From a virus (taxonomy: Duplodnaviria > Caudoviricetes), in IMG/VR virus record IMGVR_UViG_3300027265_000005, positions 1 through 41,497 of that record: a stretch of 41,497 bases of DNA, one strand, 5' to 3'. Below, in pieces: positions 34,073 to 41,497 of the stretch (its first letter is position 1; each line of letters starts with the position of its first letter). The notes below the pieces were generated by a model, which was given only the letters and a program-made list of their open reading frames with translations, made no database searches and was not told the origin of the DNA. The translations under genes and the position numbers were made by a program.

Positions 34073-34660
34073 ATGACCACCGACCGCCGCACAGCCGAGA
34101 ACGACCGCCGCCAGGCAGACCGCCGCGCACTCTTGCAGCCCTACCGCGCGACCGACGGGGAGATTGAAGCGCACGCGGCCGGGTACGCCGCAGGGAAGGA
34201 CGCCGCCCGTGCTATCGTGGCCGCGTTGCTGGCCGAGCTGCGCGCCACCAAGACCGCCAGCGGGCAGGCATTCGACGTGCTGGCCGAGCTGGTAGGCGCC
34301 GACCTGGTAGACCCTGCCGACTCGGTAGAGCTGCAAGAGCTGGCCGAGGCATACCCCGCAGCCCTTGACGGCGCCGACTGGGCCGAGCTGGATTCGCCCG
34401 CCATGCAGCGCGCCGAGGAGTACCTAGAGGCGAGCGAGCAGGGAACGACACCGCCGGCCGGCAAGGACACCGCCACCGCGCGCGACCTGTTCGCAACCCT
34501 GCGCGCCATGTTCGAGAGTGACGACGAACTCGACGGCGGGGACTTGGTGGAGTTCATCGGCACCGTTGTCGCGCCCGACTGGGACCCCGCCGAGAAGTCA
34601 GCCGAGGGTTTGGCCGGCTGGTATGGATTCACGCTTGGAGCCGAGGAGGCGCCCGAATGA
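34073..34660 (+). CDS. early hypothetical protein (acidic, helical)
   Basis: GAGGAGG SD before ATG 34073. Confidence 0.75.
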   Translation: MTTDRRTAENDRRQADRRALLQPYRATDGEIEAHAAGYAAGKDAARAIVAALLAELRATKTASGQAFDVLAELVGADLVDPADSVELQELAEAYPAALDGADWAELDSPAMQRAEEYLEASEQGTTPPAGKDTATARDLFATLRAMFESDDELDGGDLVEFIGTVVAPDWDPAEKSAEGLAGWYGFTLGAEEAPE

Positions 34661-34785
34661 CCCCCGACCCCGCCGCCACGCTTGCCGAGATCACGCCGCG
34701 CCGCATCATCCGAGCGCGTGAGCGTCACCAGGAGCAGACCGCCCGCCATGCCGCCCGGCTCGCACGCCGGACCGCCAAGAAGTAG
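34657..34785 (+). CDS. small basic protein (42 aa, MTPDPAATLAEITPRR...)
   Basis: GAGGAGG SD, ATGA overlap, TAG fused to the next SD. Confidence 0.6.
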   Translation: MTPDPAATLAEITPRRIIRARERHQEQTARHAARLARRTAKK

Positions 34786-34797
34786 GAGGGAACGACG

Positions 34798-35043
34798 ATG
34801 CAAACACCTTGGGGACCGTCGCAGCAAGTGACCGAATGCGCGCCCGGCGTGCTGTTCGTGTCAACCGCATCACATGGAGGATTCCGCATCACGCCCGAGG
34901 CGGAAGGCTGGCACGACGCGCGACAGATCGCGCAGAACTCCAACTATTCATTCCTCCGCAGCGACGGCAGCGGCAACCCCGTCGCCTGGCTTGAGGAAGA
35001 TTGTGACGCGCCGAGATTCGCTCGCGCGCACGGAATCAACTAG
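34798..35043 (+). CDS. DUF7007-like protein (short)
   Basis: TPWGPSQ..APGV.FVSTASHGGF...WLEEDCD. Confidence 0.78.
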   Translation: MQTPWGPSQQVTECAPGVLFVSTASHGGFRITPEAEGWHDARQIAQNSNYSFLRSDGSGNPVAWLEEDCDAPRFARAHGIN

Positions 35044-35052
35044 GAGGGCATC

Positions 35053-35127
35053 ATGCCGAACACCACGCAGGGAACGACCGCACACACGCCCGGCTCCACC
35101 CTACGACCGAGGAGGGAACGCGAATGA
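35053..35127 (+). pseudogene. 24-aa micro-ORF or gene remnant (MPNTTQGTTAHTPGS...)
   Basis: Strong TAGGAGGG SD; HTPG resembles the start of HTPGPW-type phage proteins; ATGA overlap with the next gene. Confidence 0.4.
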
Positions 35128-35318
35128 CATTCGCCCACTACGCGAAATGGCATTGGGACCGACTGACCCTGCAAGCCGACCGCAACGCACGCGCCGAGCT
35201 TGACGCCCGCGACGTCCCCAACGACGAGCGCCCGCCGCACCTCACGACGAGCACCCAGCACCGCCGCGACGAGGAAGCCGGCCGCGCCGAGCACCCGCGC
35301 AGGAGGTGGCACCGATGA
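35124..35318 (+). CDS. early hypothetical protein (64 aa)
   Basis: GAGGAGGG SD; ATGA overlaps on both sides. Confidence 0.6.
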   Translation: MTFAHYAKWHWDRLTLQADRNARAELDARDVPNDERPPHLTTSTQHRRDEEAGRAEHPRRRWHR

Positions 35319-35539
35319 CCGAGAACGACAGCTCCGAGCGCTGGTACTGCGTGCGCTTCACGCACCCGGACGGCCGCGAGTTCGAGACAGACGTTGTGGC
35401 CGAGAGCGAGCAGCGCGCCGAGCTGGTGGGAAAGCGCCGCGCCGCGGGGTCTGACTTCCCGACCTACCGCGCGGCCGTGAGCGTGACGCCGCTTGGGCTC
35501 TACGACCTCGGGAACGACAAGGAGGCAGACAGTGAGTAA
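35315..35539 (+). CDS. early hypothetical protein (74 aa)
   Basis: AGGAGGT SD. Confidence 0.72.
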   Translation: MTENDSSERWYCVRFTHPDGREFETDVVAESEQRAELVGKRRAAGSDFPTYRAAVSVTPLGLYDLGNDKEADSE

Positions 35540-35678
35540 GAACGAGCGTTGGGGTTGCCTGGTGATCGTGCTGCTCGTCGTGTTCGTCGCCTGCGCTGAC
35601 GCCCTGCCGACACACGCGCTGGCACTCGCGGCCGTGGTGGGCATCGCAGCCGCCGGCGTGTGGTGGTGGAAGGAGTAG
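35532..35678 (+). CDS. small 2-TM membrane protein (48 aa)
   Basis: AAGGAGG SD; WGCLVIVLLVVFVAC and ALALAAVVGIAAAGVWWW segments. Confidence 0.72.
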   Translation: MSKNERWGCLVIVLLVVFVACADALPTHALALAAVVGIAAAGVWWWKE

Positions 35679-35680
35679 AC

Positions 35681-36091
35681 ATGGCCGACAAGATCATCGC
35701 CAAGCCGTGCGTCGGCTCATCGTTCGGCCCGTGCCGCCGGGACGCCGTGGTGGTGACGCGCTACTCGACACGTTGCCCGTCCTGCGCCGCTCGGGAACGA
35801 CATGCGCGCGGAGTGTACGGTGAACAGCTCGCCGCCGCCCGCATCAAGTCTGCCGAGTCGCGGGGGTTCGCACTCGTCGACTTCGATGCCGCCCGCGTGC
35901 GCGTCCTGCTCGCTGACCGCCGCGACACGCAGACACTCTCCCGGTCGCTCACCGGCGATCCCACATGGCTGAGCGAGGCAGTGCGTACCGGTAAGGCACT
36001 CCGCTTTCTCGTCAGGAACATGGAACGACAGCTCGGCATCCCGTCCGGCAGCCTGTCAGTCGGGAACGACAGCGAAGGAGACGACGAATGA
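35681..36091 (+). CDS. Cys-containing N-terminus plus putative Cro-like HTH
   Basis: AAGGAG SD; CPSC; TQTLSRSLTGDPTWLSEAVRTG...MERQLGIP. Confidence 0.65.
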   Translation: MADKIIAKPCVGSSFGPCRRDAVVVTRYSTRCPSCAARERHARGVYGEQLAAARIKSAESRGFALVDFDAARVRVLLADRRDTQTLSRSLTGDPTWLSEAVRTGKALRFLVRNMERQLGIPSGSLSVGNDSEGDDE

Positions 36092-36297
36092 GCAGCGTGT
36101 GGCTCGTCAGCATCACGCCGAAGTCAGTCGGATCGGCAAGCCGCGAGTATGTCATCGAGGATGTCGAGTTCGAGGACTCCTGCCCCGGCTCCACCCGACC
36201 CCTGCACCTGTCCGAGCAAGGAGCCGTCGACCTCGCAGTCGGTTGCTTCATCGCTGCGAACTTCACGATTCACGCCGAGAGAGGAGAACGACAGTGA
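36088..36297 (+). CDS. hypothetical protein (69 aa)
   Basis: AAGGAG SD; ATGA and GTGA overlaps. Confidence 0.6.
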   Translation: MSSVWLVSITPKSVGSASREYVIEDVEFEDSCPGSTRPLHLSEQGAVDLAVGCFIAANFTIHAERGERQ

Positions 36298-36665
36298 CCG
36301 AGAAGCATCGCAAGACGCAGCGTGAGCGCATCATGGAAGTGCTTGGGAACTTCGGCAACTTCTGGATCCCCGTCGAGCTGTTCTACGACGCGGCTGGCCC
36401 CTCGGCACGCACCCGCCTGTCCGAGATGCACCGCGAGGGGCTGGTGGAATCGCGCTTCCGCGCCCGCCACTACCCCGACGGCAGCTACAAGTACGCGGCG
36501 AAAGACTGGCGGTTGACCTCTTGCCAGTCCACACCCGCAGGAGTACCATCACACAGCATCATCGGCACCGACTCGGCATCGGGCCCCGACTCCTCGGCAA
36601 TCGTTCACGCACACACCGAGGGTGACGTGCTCGTCGTCGACCGGATCATCACGAAGAAGGGATAG
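36294..36665 (+). CDS. winged-helix DNA-binding protein
   Basis: TQRERIMEVL...SARTRLSEMHREG.VES...WRL; GAGGAG SD before GTG. Confidence 0.7.
   Translation: MTEKHRKTQRERIMEVLGNFGNFWIPVELFYDAAGPSARTRLSEMHREGLVESRFRARHYPDGSYKYAAKDWRLTSCQSTPAGVPSHSIIGTDSASGPDSSAIVHAHTEGDVLVVDRIITKKG
36521..36549 (+). promoter_or_regulatory. candidate internal sigma70-type promoter for the recombination/replication genes
   Basis: TTGCCA - 17 bp - TACCAT. Confidence 0.5.
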
Positions 36666-36670
36666 CCAAC

Positions 36671-36883
36671 ATGGCAGACGACAACTTTCCCACCCCGTTC
36701 GACCCGCCGGCAGACGTGAAGATGAAGGTCAAGCTCGAGCGCACGGCATCCGGCAAGCTGGTCAAGACGCAGACCCTCACGGATGGCGTCGACCTGGCCG
36801 ACGCGCAGGACGTCATCGACACCGCCATCGCGTCGTTCGTGTACCTCGAGAAGCAGGCCGCCGAGAGAATCGGAGGTGAGTAG
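36671..36883 (+). CDS. hypothetical protein (70 aa)
   Basis: AAGGGA SD; typical codon usage. Confidence 0.75.
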   Translation: MADDNFPTPFDPPADVKMKVKLERTASGKLVKTQTLTDGVDLADAQDVIDTAIASFVYLEKQAAERIGGE

Positions 36884-36884
36884 C

Positions 36885-37415
36885 GTGGCAGACTTGTTCG
36901 GGTTGTCCAGCATCTACCGCATCTACGACGAGTGGTACAAGCGTCCCGCGCTGATCTATGTCCCGCCCGTTCGTTCGTTCCTCGGGCTGACGAGTGCCAA
37001 GTCGGCCCGCAAGCTGGCGCAGGAAGTCGCAGCCACCGGGCGCAAAGCGAGGGTCGACGTCGAAGCCGTGAGGGTATGCTGCCGTGAGGAGCAGGCGACC
37101 ATTCGAGAGCAGAAGCATCAGGCTCAACTCCGCACCGACAACGCTTCCCGCCTGCTGAACGTGCTGCTCGACAGCGAACAGTGTCTCGACGTGCTCGACG
37201 CATGGAGCAAGGTGACGGCTGCCAGGCACGTCGACCGCGAGGACGATGACGGCACGTTCATGCTCACCACACCCAACCTCACCAACGAGGCAACGGTCGA
37301 GTTCCAGTCCGACGGACATGTGTACCGAGCGAAGTTCGAGCGCACGCGCAACGGCTACGGAGTCGTGTCGTACTTCGAGCATGTCGGTCCGGTCGAGAAG
37401 GAGGAGGACGAGTAG
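36885..37415 (+). CDS. hypothetical protein (176 aa)
   Basis: GGAGGTG SD before GTG 36885. Confidence 0.72.
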   Translation: MADLFGLSSIYRIYDEWYKRPALIYVPPVRSFLGLTSAKSARKLAQEVAATGRKARVDVEAVRVCCREEQATIREQKHQAQLRTDNASRLLNVLLDSEQCLDVLDAWSKVTAARHVDREDDDGTFMLTTPNLTNEATVEFQSDGHVYRAKFERTRNGYGVVSYFEHVGPVEKEEDE

Positions 37416-37631
37416 ATGCCGTCCTACGAGAAGCTGCACACCACAGCCTACCCCAACGTGCGCCGCACCCAGCTCATCAAGGCGAAGGCCGTCAAGGGAA
37501 CCGACCTCGGCGCGTCGATCCGCAAGAGTATGCGGGAGGCAGCACGCGAGCAGCGCAACAAGGACGAGCGCAACTCCCGCAGCATCTTCCGCATCAAGCA
37601 CCCCCGCAAGTTCGTCAAGGAGGCGAAGTAG
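37416..37631 (+). CDS. small basic protein (71 aa)
   Basis: GAGGAGG SD; K/R-rich. Confidence 0.72.
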   Translation: MPSYEKLHTTAYPNVRRTQLIKAKAVKGTDLGASIRKSMREAAREQRNKDERNSRSIFRIKHPRKFVKEAK

Positions 37632-37943
37632 ATGGCAGTCAGCATGTACGTCAAGCCGGAGCTCAGAGAACGGCTCATCGTGCTGGCAGGCAGCGAGAAG
37701 GGCTACCTGTCATGGGTCATCGACCAGCTCCACGCGCAGAACCCCGAGGAGCCCGCACCGATGGGACTCTCGAGCCTGTCCCGCTACATGAACAACGTGC
37801 GCCCGGTCAGCCCGCGTCTCCTCACGTCGCTCACCCGCATCGCCGAGCAGGACGTCGGCATCCTTGCGAATCAGGCGTGGGAGCACCGCGACAAGTGGTT
37901 CGCCGACGAGCCGGCCGTGAAGGAAGGCGTGACGAATGGCTGA
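37632..37943 (+). CDS. putative Cro/XRE-like HTH regulator
   Basis: AAGGAGG SD; MGLSSLSRYMNNVRPVS..LL..L recognition-helix-like segment. Confidence 0.6.
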   Translation: MAVSMYVKPELRERLIVLAGSEKGYLSWVIDQLHAQNPEEPAPMGLSSLSRYMNNVRPVSPRLLTSLTRIAEQDVGILANQAWEHRDKWFADEPAVKEGVTNG

Positions 37944-39138
37944 CACACAGGCACTCGCAACCCGCAAACAGCTCGAGGACATGATCGTCAGCCGTGACGA
38001 CAAGGGACGCACCGCGCTCGACCTCTCACACATCAGCCGCGAGAAGTACAACGTGCTCGCCCCGACCGCCACGCTGATGCAGGAGGATCCGTACTTCAAG
38101 CCGGGATTCGTCGTCGTCAACCTCGACCCGAGCCCCGACGGCCCTCACTTCTACGTCATCGAGTATTCCGGCTACGGGGAGAACCGCAAGCCGAAGCTGC
38201 TGGCGCCCACGAAGGTCGGCCTCACGACGCTCGCCAGCGCGGCAGGCATCGAGTTCGACGCGCGGAGTGGCGGCCAGGAGGAAGGCGAGCCAGTCACCAT
38301 CGACTTCGGTGACGGCCGCACGACCACCAAGCGCGCCTATGTCTACCGCGCCATCGGCCGCATCCGCAGGTCTGACGGCACGTTCGCCACCAAGACGGGT
38401 GAAGGTGAGTGGGACCCCGAGCGTGAGCTGCTGAGCATCGAGGTGGCGGTCGGCTCGCTGACCAAGTACCAGTCGAAGGAGCCGAAGTACCCCGTCGGCA
38501 CTCCCGCCTACTACGCCGAGATCCGTCGTCGTTTTGTCGAGCAGTCGTGGGCCTTCCGTCGCCCGATGACCAAGAGCAAGGCGCAGAATCAGGTGCTCCG
38601 CGAGTTCTTGAACCTGCCGCAGAAGTTCACGCCCGCCGAGGCGGCCAAGCCGTTCTTCATCGTGGCCTACAACTTCTCGCCCGGTGACTCGCCCGAGATG
38701 CTGAACGTCGTCGCGCAACTCGCCGGCGGGGCGGCCGACTCCATGTTCGGCCCGAAGGAATCCCTGCCCGCTGCCGAGGCGCCGAGCGCACCGGAAGCTG
38801 ACGAGGATGCCCCGCTGCCCGTCGGCCAAGCCGAGGACGTGTCCGACGCCGAGTACGAGATCGTACCCGACGGCTCTGACACTATGGAGGGATTCGAGCA
38901 GCCCGTCGACCCGATCGAGCGTCAGTCGGAGCTGCAGCAGCGCGTGATGAACAAGGACGGCAACCCGTTCGACGGCAAGACGTTCGGGGAGATCATGGAG
39001 CATCCGAGCGGCCCGAAGTTCATGCGGAAACTCGCTGACCTCGCGCCCGACGGGTTCGACGCCGACACCCAAGCCATGCTGTCCGATGCACGGGAGTTCA
39101 TCGCGCTGCTCGAGAAGAACGGGGGGCAGTTGGTGTGA
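37936..39138 (+). CDS. putative single-strand annealing/recombination protein
   Basis: TKVGLTTLASAAGI...TKSKAQNQVLR.FL.L..KFT..E..KPF core with acidic disordered linker; directly upstream of SbcD. Function inferred. Confidence 0.55.
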   Translation: MADTQALATRKQLEDMIVSRDDKGRTALDLSHISREKYNVLAPTATLMQEDPYFKPGFVVVNLDPSPDGPHFYVIEYSGYGENRKPKLLAPTKVGLTTLASAAGIEFDARSGGQEEGEPVTIDFGDGRTTTKRAYVYRAIGRIRRSDGTFATKTGEGEWDPERELLSIEVAVGSLTKYQSKEPKYPVGTPAYYAEIRRRFVEQSWAFRRPMTKSKAQNQVLREFLNLPQKFTPAEAAKPFFIVAYNFSPGDSPEMLNVVAQLAGGAADSMFGPKESLPAAEAPSAPEADEDAPLPVGQAEDVSDAEYEIVPDGSDTMEGFEQPVDPIERQSELQQRVMNKDGNPFDGKTFGEIMEHPSGPKFMRKLADLAPDGFDADTQAMLSDAREFIALLEKNGGQLV

Positions 39139-40247
39139 CACTCCACGTCCTCGCTGACCCACATCTCGGCAACCCGTCACCCGACCTCGAGGCTCGCAAG
39201 GCAGAAGCCTTCGCGCTGATGGAGGAGGTCGCTGGCATCATCAGTGATGACCCGCTGCTCATTCTCGGCGACCTGTTCGAGAAGGTGAAGCCGCCCGCGT
39301 GGGCGCTCACCGCGGTCCTCCGGCATCTCGGCTACGAGGACACTTACCTGCTCGGCGGGAATCACGACACGGATGAGCACGACGGCATCTCGCCGCTCGA
39401 CGTGCTGGCCGAGCGCGGGAACTTCCGTGTGATCCGCAGGCCGGAGCTGCTGACCGACATCGGCGGGTTCGACATCATCGCCGTCCCGAACGTGCGTCGT
39501 GCGTGGTTCGCTGCTGCCGGCGGTACAGTCGCCGAGCAGTACAGCCAGATGACCGCCCAGCTCACCATCATCATCGACGACCTGCTCGCCAAGTGTGACC
39601 GCACGCGACCCATCATCCTCGCCTGCCACAACACCATCGCGGGAGCCAAGTACAACAGCGACACGCAGCCCAACATCGGCGACTCCTCAGAGTTCATGCT
39701 GCCGCTGTCCGTGGTGGCACGTCCCGAGCTCGAGTGCGTGCTCGCGGGTCACGTCCACAAGCCGCAGACCATCGAAGGCGCGTGTCCCGTCATCTACGTC
39801 GGGAGCAGCACGCTGCACGACTTCGGCGAGGAGGGGCAACCCTGCATCATGCTGTCCCGCGAAGTGAGCGGCGCCAACATCGAGACACACCTCAAGTCGC
39901 CGCTCGAGTTCCGCACCTTCGACATCAACGCGCTCGAGTGCAACACGGAAGGCATCGGGCGATGCTTCGTTCGGCTGTCCGGCTCACTCCCGTCCGGTGC
40001 GGAATCGCTGGCTGAGGCACGGCGAGCCGAGGTGCTTCTTGAGCAGGCTGGCGCGCTGAAAGTCGGCAAGTCGGTCATCAAGTACACCAGCCACGCCGCC
40101 GTGCAGTCCACCAGGATGACAGCCGATATGTCGCCCGAGAAGGCGCTCGAGGAGTACATCGAGCTGGTTGGCGGGGACTACGCCACTCGGCGCGACGACC
40201 TGCTCGAGAAGCATCGGGAACTCGTGAAGGAAGGAGTGGGGGCATGA
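39135..40247 (+). CDS. sbcD: SbcD/Mre11-like metallophosphoesterase nuclease
   Basis: ADPHLG, GDLF, GNHD, ACH, GHVHKPQ, YVGS...DFGEEG motifs. Confidence 0.92.
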   Translation: MTLHVLADPHLGNPSPDLEARKAEAFALMEEVAGIISDDPLLILGDLFEKVKPPAWALTAVLRHLGYEDTYLLGGNHDTDEHDGISPLDVLAERGNFRVIRRPELLTDIGGFDIIAVPNVRRAWFAAAGGTVAEQYSQMTAQLTIIIDDLLAKCDRTRPIILACHNTIAGAKYNSDTQPNIGDSSEFMLPLSVVARPELECVLAGHVHKPQTIEGACPVIYVGSSTLHDFGEEGQPCIMLSREVSGANIETHLKSPLEFRTFDINALECNTEGIGRCFVRLSGSLPSGAESLAEARRAEVLLEQAGALKVGKSVIKYTSHAAVQSTRMTADMSPEKALEEYIELVGGDYATRRDDLLEKHRELVKEGVGA

Positions 40248-40771
40248 GGCAATCTCGCTACGCAGACCTGCCGCCAGTCGCCAAGTCGCTCAACCGGACA
40301 TTCGCCGCGACCGACTTGACGACACTCTCGCAGGCGGTCACATACGCGGTCGGCTTGGGAGCGTTCGACCACGCCGGCAAGCGCTATATCCACCTGCAGA
40401 ACGACGCCGATCGCGTGCTCGTCGAGGTCGGAAGCGGCATGGTGATTTGGGGAGCCGAATACCGCGCCATCATCTCCGCGGCCGTGCAGCAGATGGAGGA
40501 AGCGGCCATCAGCCTGTGCGGCATGTCGGCCATCGTGGTAGCAGCCGAGCCGGCCGAGCAGCATGAGGCACCGCCGACCCACGACGAGAGTGTGCGCGCC
40601 CGTGACCTCGAGGCCGTGACCGGAAGGCGCACGGTCGTCATCGGAGCCGACGAGCCCGAGGATGACGTTGCCGTGCTGCTGCCGTTCCTGCCTGGCGGTC
40701 CTCTCGGCGAGGTGGATCCCGACGAGGCAAAGCGTCGGTCACTCGGCGCGCAAATGATGGAGGTGGACTGA
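40244..40771 (+). CDS. hypothetical protein (175 aa)
   Basis: AAGGAG SD; ATGA overlap. Confidence 0.7.
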   Translation: MRQSRYADLPPVAKSLNRTFAATDLTTLSQAVTYAVGLGAFDHAGKRYIHLQNDADRVLVEVGSGMVIWGAEYRAIISAAVQQMEEAAISLCGMSAIVVAAEPAEQHEAPPTHDESVRARDLEAVTGRRTVVIGADEPEDDVAVLLPFLPGGPLGEVDPDEAKRRSLGAQMMEVD

Positions 40772-40772
40772 C

Positions 40773-41497
40773 ATGCCGGAGCGTGGCATGAGCGACTACA
40801 CAGTCGTGTCAGACGGCAAGCTCTACAAGGTGCTAAACAACGGACGCGCGTGTCATGGCGGAGAGTTCGCCTACCCGCTTCCGAGCGGCAAGCGGCCCGG
40901 CAAGTGGACGCCAAACATCACCCTCCTGCGCCCGTGCTCGCGCGGCTACCACGTCTGCACAGCCGAGCAGCTCCCGAAGTGGCTCTACGACGGCAACGAG
41001 ATATACGAGGTCGAAGCTCGCGGTGCGCAGCTCGACCACGGCGACAAGGTGGTCTGTGAGAGCATCCGGCTCCTGCGCCGCATCGAGCACGCCGAGCGCG
41101 TGGGCGTCGTCGGCTTCTGCGACGGCGACATGGAGCGCATCGATGAGGGCGTGTGGGTCGTCGTAGGCAACTCGGTCATCAAGCGGGCTGACGGCAACTC
41201 GGTCATCAAGCGGGCTGACGGCAACTCGGTCATCAAGCGGGCTACCGGCAACTCGGTCATCAAGCGGGCTGACGGCAACTCGGTCATCAAGTGGGCTACC
41301 GGCAACTCGGTCATCAAGCGGGCTACCGGCAACTCGGTCATCAAGCGGGCTACCGGCAACTCGGTCATCGAGTGGGCTGACGGCAACTCGGTCATCAAGC
41401 GGGCTGACGGCAACTCGGTCATCGAGTGGGCTACCGGCAACTCGGTCATCGAGTGGGCTGACGGCAACTCGGTCATCACGATATACGGAAGCAACGT
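40773..41497 (+). CDS. DUF7666-like domain followed by 9-aa solenoid repeats (continues at 147-249; ~275 aa)
   Basis: GGAGGTGG SD; YKVL..CHGG..PCSRGYHVC..IYEVEARG..DKVVCESIRLLR then [D/T]GNSVI[K/E][R/W]A repeats; open to the window end. Confidence 0.85.
   Translation, partial: MPERGMSDYTVVSDGKLYKVLNNGRACHGGEFAYPLPSGKRPGKWTPNITLLRPCSRGYHVCTAEQLPKWLYDGNEIYEVEARGAQLDHGDKVVCESIRLLRRIEHAERVGVVGFCDGDMERIDEGVWVVVGNSVIKRADGNSVIKRADGNSVIKRATGNSVIKRADGNSVIKWATGNSVIKRATGNSVIKRATGNSVIEWADGNSVIKRADGNSVIEWATGNSVIEWADGNSVITIYGSN
41163..41477 (+). repeat. 27-bp tandem repeat, 11 full units plus a partial
   Basis: Units every 27 bp from 41163 to 41460, varying at only three codons. Confidence 0.97.

Noticed and set aside
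36885-37943. Amber recoding or read-through across three in-frame genes joined by TAG-ATG (37413, 37629)
   Set aside because: Each downstream ATG has its own strong SD (GAGGAGG, AAGGAGG), conserved genes end properly at TAG, and no suppressor tRNA was seen.
40985-41494. Minus-strand MTELP-repeat ORF (169 aa)
   Set aside because: Antisense shadow of the plus-strand repeat gene, which has an SD, a recognisable N-domain and the operon orientation.
41163-41497. 27-bp repeats as a CRISPR array
   Set aside because: Units are head-to-tail with no unique spacers, keep a reading frame, and no cas genes are present.
40773-41497. Diversity-generating retroelement
   Set aside because: No reverse transcriptase and no separate TR/VR pair; variation includes C/T and is not adenine-specific.

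Overview
The window looks like a complete or near-complete circularly assembled ~41.35 kb genome of a high-GC (roughly two-thirds G+C by eye) tailed phage with P22/podovirus-like virion genes. The host is probably a monoderm, plausibly Actinomycetota (amidase and holins with no spanins, TTGTCCAC-type DnaA-box-like sites); this is inference. The two ends overlap inside a 27-bp tandem-repeat gene that the ORF track missed. Two divergent transcription units start from consensus sigma70-type promoters flanking a ~1.1 kb non-coding control region (31.7-32.9 kb). The rightward unit carries many small early genes, an SSAP-like gene, SbcD, then (across the junction) MazG-like, HNH, SbcC, RusA and a replication-initiator-like gene. 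The leftward unit carries terminase, portal, scaffold, capsid, receptor-binding proteins, adaptor, nozzle, ejection proteins, NlpC/P60, amidase and holins. The units converge on a bidirectional terminator at 7553-7587. No integrase, DNA polymerase, helicase/primase, tRNA, CRISPR array or reverse transcriptase was recognised. Main signals: (1) four co-oriented 27-bp CTASCTGC-N11-GCAGSTAG palindromic sites; (2) a strand-polarised GGGAACGAC motif scattered through the early genes in all three frames; (3) a modular 9-aa repeat with three binary positions whose order differs at the two contig ends; (4) a candidate structured RNA exposing an anti-Shine-Dalgarno loop; (5) a beta-helix plus GH26 dual-enzyme tail protein, a nested-domain protein, and a TerS-like HTH fused to TerL. 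All family assignments come from motif recognition by eye, not from database searches.
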